NCBI GenBank assembly: GCA_963823855.1
Contig: CAWGNA010000008.1
Location: 466,444 to 530,443, forward strand
Direction of reading: 5' to 3'
DNA: 64,000 nucleotides
Source of the DNA: an uncultured Acidimicrobiaceae bacterium
Lineage (GTDB): Bacteria; Actinomycetota; Acidimicrobiia; Acidimicrobiales; Palsa-688
The position numbers were made by a program, and so were the translations under genes. Under the pieces are notes generated by a model. That model was not told where the DNA came from, made no database searches, and saw only the letters and a list, made by a program, of their open reading frames with translations. Of this stretch, positions 58,227 to 64,000 are shown one piece after another (position 1 is the stretch's first letter; each line of letters begins with the position of its first letter).

Positions 58227-58710
58227 GTTGCCCTCCTAAACGGCGGTACTGCATTGGCCGCCATGCTAAAGGCGGTGTCAGTTGCCCGGCATGAGCGCCC
58301 GCTACTCAGATTGGGTTCCGGGGTTGGCCATTTTGGGACCGGTTGTTTTGGGCAAAGCCTCGGCTCCCCGGAAGATACTGACCCAGTGAGCAGCTATTTC
58401 TCCATCGCGGGGCACTTCCTGGCCGGTAGAGGGAAATCTGGCCACCGCTGAAACGCAGCCCGTCCGGGTGCCGGGCGCTGCGAGTAAGTCGCCCCGCCCG
58501 GCAGGTTCGCCGTCGTTCAGGCTTGCCAAATGGCGCTCATACGCGTTCACCACGAGCCGGAACTGGGCCCGGACGTCGGCTCTGAGCTCACCCTCGAGAG
58601 CCCTACCTGCAGCAGCCATCAAGGTGGCGAGCTCATAAGTCGGGCGGCATCACCTGGACGGCGTCCGCTGGCGGCGCTGGGCCTTCACCTCTTGGCGAGC
58701 TCGCCATCAT

Positions 58711-59871
58711 TTACAGGGCGGGCACGGTCTGGAAGACGCCCCCGAAAGCCTGCACCCCCGCTCCGTTGATGCTGGCGGGGTATACCGGGGTGACGAGCGG
58801 CAAGGACGCGTCCTGGGCGAACAAGTACAGGGGGTGACCGTCGAACGTCACCTGGTGGGTGCCGTCAGGCCTCACGATGATCCCGAGCTGGTGTCGGTCA
58901 ACTCCCGGTCCGGCCTCAGGGGACATAGAGGTGAGGACGGGCGCCCAGTACATGGCGCAGGTACCCTGGCACGCGCTCTGGTGCCATCTGTCCAGGCTAA
59001 AGGTGTAGACGGGTACGTTCACTGGGCCATCGGGGACGCCCCCGGCGCCGATCTCCTGGGAAAGGCCGGTGCTCTCGGACGCCGCCAGTACCGTGGCGGA
59101 GGTCCCGGTAGGGGCCCCGTTGTGATAGACGGGCGCGGTTTCCTGCTCAATTAGGGCCTGTCCGGGCGCGGGACGGCCTCGGCTCGGGTCGACGAGGTAC
59201 CACACACCCTGGGGCACGGTCACCGGGTCGAACAGGTTTGCCCCGGCCGTCTGCCCGGGCGCGTCGTCGAAGACCATCCGGTAGAGCGGTAGGCCCCCGT
59301 AGGTCACCTGCTGTACCGGCATGCCGGGAAGGACGTCGGTGCGGGTCACTGTCCCGAGGAGGGTGGGGTTGACCCCGCGCCCGGCGATCGGGGCGCCGTC
59401 GGTCAGCAGCGCCGGCCACAGCACCGTGTCACAAGAAGCCGAGAAAGCATTGTTGGTGGCATCTGAGCATGCGAACGGGGCCTTGCCGGACGAGAGCGTG
59501 TGCAGCTCGTCGGTCGCGAGCACGTAGAGAGAGCAGCCCGCGTAGTCGCCCGAGCCGATGACCAGCACCCTGCCATAGGCGCTTGACGCCGCCGATACGG
59601 TGGCAGGGCCGTTCTTCGGGGCGGCCGTCACAGGGTCGTGGCAGGAAGGAGTTTGGGCGCTCACCGCCGAACTGAGCTGGGGAGCCACGATCACCAGTGC
59701 GAAACTGAGCATGGCGACAGCAGCAGGAACTGCGAGCACCCGCCTCAGCCAACCCGGAGCCGCCGCCGAGGGTGAGCCCGGCGACGTCGCTCGTAGAGAT
59801 GAGCCTTCCGGTGGTGGCAGGAACCTTGGGGTTACGGCCTTTGATGATCTGCGCATAAGTAGACACCTCAC
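58711..59871 (-). CDS. Secreted protein with COG4315/Lipoprotein_15-like repeats (start uncertain)
   Basis: Hydrophobic signal (AVAMLSFALVIVAPQLSSAVSAQ). Repeated modules YGRVLVIG..AGCSLYVLATDE..CDTVLWPALL, VTYGGLPLYRMVFDD and VTFDGHPLYLFAQD with CQGTCAMYWAPVL. Confidence 0.6.
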   Translation of the reverse strand: MRCLLMRRSSKAVTPRFLPPPEGSSLRATSPGSPSAAAPGWLRRVLAVPAAVAMLSFALVIVAPQLSSAVSAQTPSCHDPVTAAPKNGPATVSAASSAYGRVLVIGSGDYAGCSLYVLATDELHTLSSGKAPFACSDATNNAFSASCDTVLWPALLTDGAPIAGRGVNPTLLGTVTRTDVLPGMPVQQVTYGGLPLYRMVFDDAPGQTAGANLFDPVTVPQGVWYLVDPSRGRPAPGQALIEQETAPVYHNGAPTGTSATVLAASESTGLSQEIGAGGVPDGPVNVPVYTFSLDRWHQSACQGTCAMYWAPVLTSMSPEAGPGVDRHQLGIIVRPDGTHQVTFDGHPLYLFAQDASLPLVTPVYPASINGAGVQAFGGVFQTVPAL

Positions 59872-60140
59872 ATGTAGGAGTAGGGGTAGAGCACCCGTAC
59901 CCGGGTAACCCGGTCGGCCGGCAGGTGGTTGCGCCCGACGGCTTTTCGGATTTCCTTTTGGGAAGGGCCTTGCAGACGCAAAATGTGCGCCTTTTGTTGT
60001 CGCTCACATAGGAGTGCAGCCAGGTGACATCCCTGCTCGGCGTTTCGTTGGCTCAGCGTGCGGCACAGTGCCGCGCCGTGGGCTGCGACCGGTATGTGCA
60101 GTCCCTCCGGGAAAGTGCGCTCAACGATGTACCGGGGCGT
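59868..60140 (-). pseudogene. DUF4242 paralog: start codon ATG changed to ACG plus two frameshifts
   Basis: AGGAGG then ACG where the paralog has ATG. (T)PRYIVERTFPEGLHIPV..NAEQG / VTWLHSYVSDNKRRTFCVCK / GPSQKEIRKAVGRNHLPADRVTRVRVLYPYSY* are spread over two frames. Confidence 0.65.
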
Positions 60141-60299
60141 TTGGGGTCCTCCTAGATGACCTCCAACCTGTGAACACGAGCCACGGTACGAGCGTCTATA
60201 AGAAGGCACATGGGCAATCTCCACCCATATTGGGACGGGCGGTTACCTATCTTGGGCGTTGACGCCGGGTTTGCGGGGATCGCTGGGACATGGTGGCCA

Positions 60300-60420
60300 A
60301 ACGTTTTTCTCTGAGGTGGTCGAAATAGTCCTGGCGGACCGTCCGCACAAAGCTAGCGGCGAACTCGTTCGCCCCGGGGTTCCAACCTGGCTGGCCGATC
60401 GGCTGGGCCACCCCGGGATA
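60300..60420 (-). pseudogene. Scrap of an rve-type (integrase core) transposase C-terminus
   Basis: The minus-strand frame reads ANEFAASFVRTVRQDYFDHL (cf. NxFAERFVRTVRxECLD). It is isolated. Confidence 0.3.
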
Positions 60421-60777
60421 TAACCCGGACCATCACGAGCCCATCCGAAAGGAACACTTCGGACTGTCGACACGACGCGCTCGACTTTCGACTATTTTAG
60501 CGGTAAAGGCGACTCGTTCCACTTGTGGAGACGGCGAGCCCGGTAACCGGCGAAATGCGGCGCCGCGAGCGCCCATAACACGCGCTCCATAATGCGGGCA
60601 GTGTGTCTGGATTACTGCTTGGAGCGCACTTCGCCGTGCTCTCGGATGATCTTGGGGTGCGTGCGCACAAAATCGGCAGGGCGCCGCTACCTTTTGAGCG
60701 GACCGGCTTGGAGCCTCACTCAACGTGGTGCGGGACCAACTCGGATAGATCCCAAGCCTGCCAGCCGTCAGTGGGCC

Positions 60778-61785
60778 TCAGCCGAGCAGGCCGGCGTCAT
60801 CGAGGGCGGTGATGAGCTGCGTGGACGCGACGGTCGTGTAGATCGACGTGGTCCGGGGATCGGCGTGGCCCATCAGCTGGGAGATGACGCTGCCGGGGAC
60901 GCCTCGCAGCGCCAAGGTGACGCCGTAGTGGTGGCGGAAGGCATGGGCCGCCGCACCGGCAGGAAGGACGACCCCGGCCCGTCCCGCCAGGCCGCGCACC
61001 AACCGGTCGAGGGCCTGGGGGGACAAGGCGCTGCCGCCAGGCCGCACGAACAGTGGATCGGTCGGCCGGGCCGGGAGAGCGCTACGGCCCTTTGCGGGCT
61101 GGGCCCGCTCTGCGAGCCACTCGTCGATGGCCTCGACGGTGCTGCGAGGCAGGGGGACGTCACGGGTCTTGTCGCCCTTCGAACGCCCGACCCTCCAGAT
61201 GGGCCGCTCGGCGCGCCGGTCGAGCTCGCCGATGGTCGCCCCGCAGACCTCCTCGGCCCGGGCGCCGGTGCTGGCCAGGAACCGCACCAGCGCCGCGTCC
61301 CGGGCAGGCCAGAACATCCGCTGGCGGCCACGGGGCTCCTCGCTGGCTGCCGCCCGGATCCTCTCGACGTCGTCGTCCTCAGGGGCTCTCGGGCGGCGCT
61401 GCGGCCGTGGCGGCGCCTGGAACAGGTCGGCGTCGAGGGGGTCCGCCGCCAGGTGGCCACGGCGGTGGGCCCAGCGGGTGAACCCCCGGAGCGTCGACAG
61501 CATGCGGGCCACGGTCGCGTCCGACCAGCGGCTCTTGGCCACCGCCATCGCTTGGACGAGTACCTCTTCTGAGAGGTCGCTCAGAGCAAGCGCCGAGACG
61601 AGGGGCTCGTCGCCCGACGGTGCAAGGCCTTGGGCCTCGCCGATCGCAATGGCCCAGCGCTCCAGGTCCGAGCGTCGGGCCCGGTCCGAGTTGCCCTTCG
61701 CAGCCTGGGCGGCCGACCCCAGCGCACGCTTGGCCGTGAGCCAGTCCTCGACCAGCTCGACGACCGGGACCGGTGTAAGTGCCAC
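60778..61785 (-). CDS. Tyrosine recombinase / phage-type integrase (intact)
   Basis: 335-aa ORF with ARDAALVRFLASTGARAEEV (box I Arg) and HAFRHHYGVTLALRGVPGSVISQLMGHADPRTTSIYT (HxxR..H..Y). Confidence 0.85.
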   Translation of the reverse strand: MALTPVPVVELVEDWLTAKRALGSAAQAAKGNSDRARRSDLERWAIAIGEAQGLAPSGDEPLVSALALSDLSEEVLVQAMAVAKSRWSDATVARMLSTLRGFTRWAHRRGHLAADPLDADLFQAPPRPQRRPRAPEDDDVERIRAAASEEPRGRQRMFWPARDAALVRFLASTGARAEEVCGATIGELDRRAERPIWRVGRSKGDKTRDVPLPRSTVEAIDEWLAERAQPAKGRSALPARPTDPLFVRPGGSALSPQALDRLVRGLAGRAGVVLPAGAAAHAFRHHYGVTLALRGVPGSVISQLMGHADPRTTSIYTTVASTQLITALDDAGLLG

Positions 61786-61951
61786 TCCTCGACCTTAGTC
61801 GGGGATAACGGGCATTATCCCCGGCATTGAGCGGGCTCGGTCGGTGGAGGCGACCACTGCCTCGAGTGCCGCGGCTCTCGGATGGCATGATTTGTCCCGG
61901 TCTCCGTCCGGTGCGTCTAGGTCGGAGGCATTGTTTGGACGTATGTCGACC

Positions 61952-62140
61952 CTAGACGGGGACCTCGTCTTTGAGGTTTTCCCGTAGCCACGTGCGGAGT
62001 TCGTCGTTGTCCTCGTGGCCGTGGACAGTTGCGGCGTGTTGCGCGGCGGCGGCAATAACTTCGTCTTCCTGACCTGAGATGGTCAGGGTGCACCCGCTCT
62101 CGCTCGGGAAGTCCCTGCAGTCTGCGACTTTGCGGCCCAT
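61952..62140 (-). CDS. DUF1059 family small protein
   Basis: Trimmed to the ATG at 62140 (62 aa): MGRKVADCRDFPSESGCTLTISGQEDEVIAAAAQHAATVHGHEDNDELRTWLRENL. Confidence 0.7.
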   Translation of the reverse strand: MGRKVADCRDFPSESGCTLTISGQEDEVIAAAAQHAATVHGHEDNDELRTWLRENLKDEVPV

Positions 62141-62207
62141 GGTCCTGCTCCCTTTTTGTGTGTTCTGGTCTTGTGGTCTGGCGTTGCTCGTTTGGTTTTG
62201 GGCCCGG

Positions 62208-62546
62208 CTACCCCTTGACGTAGGCCAGCTTCTCGCTGATCCTGCCATCCTGCAGTTTGAACAGGTCCACGCCGCGGACATGGCCGCCGCCCCAGTCGTA
62301 GCGCCATCGCTGGACCACCCGGTCGCCGGCGCTGAAGGTCTCCTCGGCCTCGAAACGGGACGACGGGTCCACGAATATGGCTTCCCAGGCCCGACGGATC
62401 TCGTCGTGGCCAACGTGGCGGGTACCGTCAGGGGCAGGGCCGGTGGCACCGAACACGCAGTCGCGGCTCAGGAACGACATGGCGGCGTCCAGTTCGTGAG
62501 CAGCCCAGGCCCGCCCGAAGGCCTCTACAAGATCGAGCGAGGACAT
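62208..62546 (-). CDS. SnoaL-like (NTF2-fold) protein
   Basis: 112-aa ORF LVEAFGRAWAAHELDAAMSFLSRDCVFGAT...RWRYDWGGGHVRGVDLFKLQDGRISEKLAYVKG. Confidence 0.75.
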   Translation of the reverse strand: MSSLDLVEAFGRAWAAHELDAAMSFLSRDCVFGATGPAPDGTRHVGHDEIRRAWEAIFVDPSSRFEAEETFSAGDRVVQRWRYDWGGGHVRGVDLFKLQDGRISEKLAYVKG

Positions 62547-62552
62547 GTTGTC

Positions 62553-62909
62553 CTAGCGGGCGTAATTGCTGGCGCCGAACCAGTCCACCACGACCACAGG
62601 TTCCTCGCCTACCACCCAGGCGTCGTGGCCGCTGGGTAGCGAGGTCACATCACCGGGCCCAGCCTCGAACTCGGTCCCGTCGTCAATACGGATCGCCAGC
62701 CGGCCCGACACGTGGTACTGGAAATTTGGGGCAGTGCAGCTGCCGGTCCCGGCGACGGGTTTGACATCGGTCGACCAGCGCCAGCCGGGCCGGAAGACCA
62801 ACCGCCCGATGTCGGCGCCTCCGACTTTTAGGATCTCAACCCGGCCGTTGGGGAACTCCCTCACCTCGTCGGCTGGCCCGAACCTGTGGTGCTCAGCCTG
62901 TTGCGCCAC
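62553..62909 (-). CDS. Cupin domain protein (GTG start proposed at 62909)
   Basis: REFPNGRVEILKVGGADIGRLVFRPGWRWS...QYHVSGRLAIRIDDGTEFEAGPGDVTSLPSGHDAWVVGEEPVVVVDW. AGGGAGGGG RBS before the GTG. Confidence 0.75.
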   Translation of the reverse strand: MAQQAEHHRFGPADEVREFPNGRVEILKVGGADIGRLVFRPGWRWSTDVKPVAGTGSCTAPNFQYHVSGRLAIRIDDGTEFEAGPGDVTSLPSGHDAWVVGEEPVVVVDWFGASNYAR

Positions 62910-64000
62910 ATCGTCCCCTCCCTGGCCTACCTTGGGCGCCACCCCCGTCGAGTGGCAGGTTACATACTTCCATGACGGTCTGCGCCGGTTCCTCATATTT
63001 GACGTAAGCGAGGCAACCAGCGTGTTGGTGACAGTGTCTGCCCAGGCTGCAGCAACTGACGAGTCGGGTCGATGGGCGAGTGCTATCGCTGCTAGTACAT
63101 CGTTGCCTCGGTCGATCTTCTTGGATCAGCTCAACCAGCTCGTGCCTCAGCTCCTCGACCAGACTAGATTCGTTGCCAACTCCCTCGGCCATAATGACGT
63201 GCGCCCAATGGTGGTAGGCGCCTTCGGCACAGGGTAGGCGTAAGGGGAGCACGGGGTGAACGCCCGGCAAACTAGGGTCCGACCCGGTGGGGTCGCTCCG
63301 GATAACCACCGAGATTCCACTGATGCGTGGACGACCGCGGAGATCACTGATCCGGGCTGCCCAGTCCGCTCCACCTCGGCTCGGCAACACCGAGACGGGC
63401 CGTCCAATTTTTAGCTTGACACGACGACAAATCTATCGCACCACGACACCGGGACCGGGTGGGGAATTACGTTATCGACCCTGTGGAAAATTAGCTGATC
63501 GCCAGCAAAGCCAGCACGGGCTCGCTGGTTTTCACGGATAAAAAGTAGGTCGTGCCGCTCCCGTCCGAGCCGTGGGAGAGGTAGTAGGGGTGGCGGGGTG
63601 TCTGGAAAGTGGGTGGAGGGAGCGAGCTCGAGCTGGAGCTGGCGAGTACCCGGGTGGTGTCGAAATGGCGTGACGAGCTGGAAGAGCGAGTAACTAATTC
63701 GTTTGGGTGGTCAGGAAAGCTTTGGCCAGCTAAAACACCTTCGTCCACCCCAACGCCAACGCCTCCGCCGTAAATGGGTGGGATCCCACACTGTCGCACA
63801 GCCGCTGGGCAGAGTCGCGGCCGTGACTGGGAGAGAAGAGGAACAGCTGTTGCAGTTGCGAGATGCGCTCAAGCAACTCGGCCCTGCTTTAGAGGATTTC
63901 GACAAGCGTCTCCGAGCGCTTGAAAAAGGGGCGAAGGTAGGCCGCCCGGCTTTGCCTGCGCTCAACAAGCTTCGCGCGAGCTGCGCATCGTATACCTGCC

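Noticed and set aside
58302-58622. 106-aa minus-strand ORF between DUF4242 and the secreted repeat protein
   Set aside because: No motifs and no RBS seen. An equally long plus-strand ORF overlaps it. Left uncalled.
62893-63390. Cys/His-rich minus-strand ORF (..HHWAHVIMAEGVGNESSLVEELRHELVELIQ..CHQHAGCLAYVKYEE..), considered as a ZAS-type anti-sigma or metal sensor
   Set aside because: It overlaps the cupin start region. The H/C spacing does not match HxxxCxxC, and plus-strand ORFs of similar quality exist. I could not decide from sequence alone.
63778-64000. Open frame running off the window end (..REEEQLLQLRDALKQLGPALEDFDKRLRALEKGAKVGRPALPALNKL..), possibly a coiled-coil transposase (IS66-like) N-terminus
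   Set aside because: Only ~60-70 codons are visible, with no clear start and no diagnostic motif.

Overview
High-GC (roughly 65-70%) actinobacterial-type chromosomal segment mixing housekeeping blocks with heavily decayed accessory DNA. Housekeeping blocks: an ABC-F ATPase; moaC-moaA-galU; a CIRCE operator in front of a Ruc/Rv0991c-like zinc-ribbon chaperone gene; pmbA-tldD; dxs; an IclR (LtbR-like) regulator divergent from leuCD; tRNA-Ala(CGC); an initiator-type tRNA-Met. Accessory blocks: (i) an ~8 kb island (16.3-24.5 kb) bounded by a 47-bp direct repeat of the tRNA-Ala 3' half. It carries an ECF sigma/anti-sigma pair, a DUF4235 gene, a 5' group II intron fragment and a secreted collagen-like protein. 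(ii) From 48.3 kb to the window end, a mobile-element graveyard starting at tRNA-fMet: a degraded integrase, a 6.8 kb unit bounded by 48-bp inverted repeats with a decayed resolvase, a nested Tn3-like end plus tnpA fragment, a 3' group II intron fragment, an intact tyrosine recombinase and several gene relics. The most unusual feature is a cytoplasmic sensor kinase whose N-terminus is a complete ABC-transporter ATPase domain, followed by GAF-GAF and a KdpD-like kinase core. It is translationally coupled to a KdpE-like regulator and lies directly upstream of a xylose-type sugar ABC transporter whose own ATPase has a single nucleotide-binding domain. Caveat: at least ten otherwise intact genes are broken by single-nucleotide indels, mostly in short homopolymer runs. 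This may reflect assembly error rather than biology. Start-codon loss, in-frame stops and truncations in the accessory regions look like genuine decay. All family assignments come from motif recognition by eye; no database search was run.
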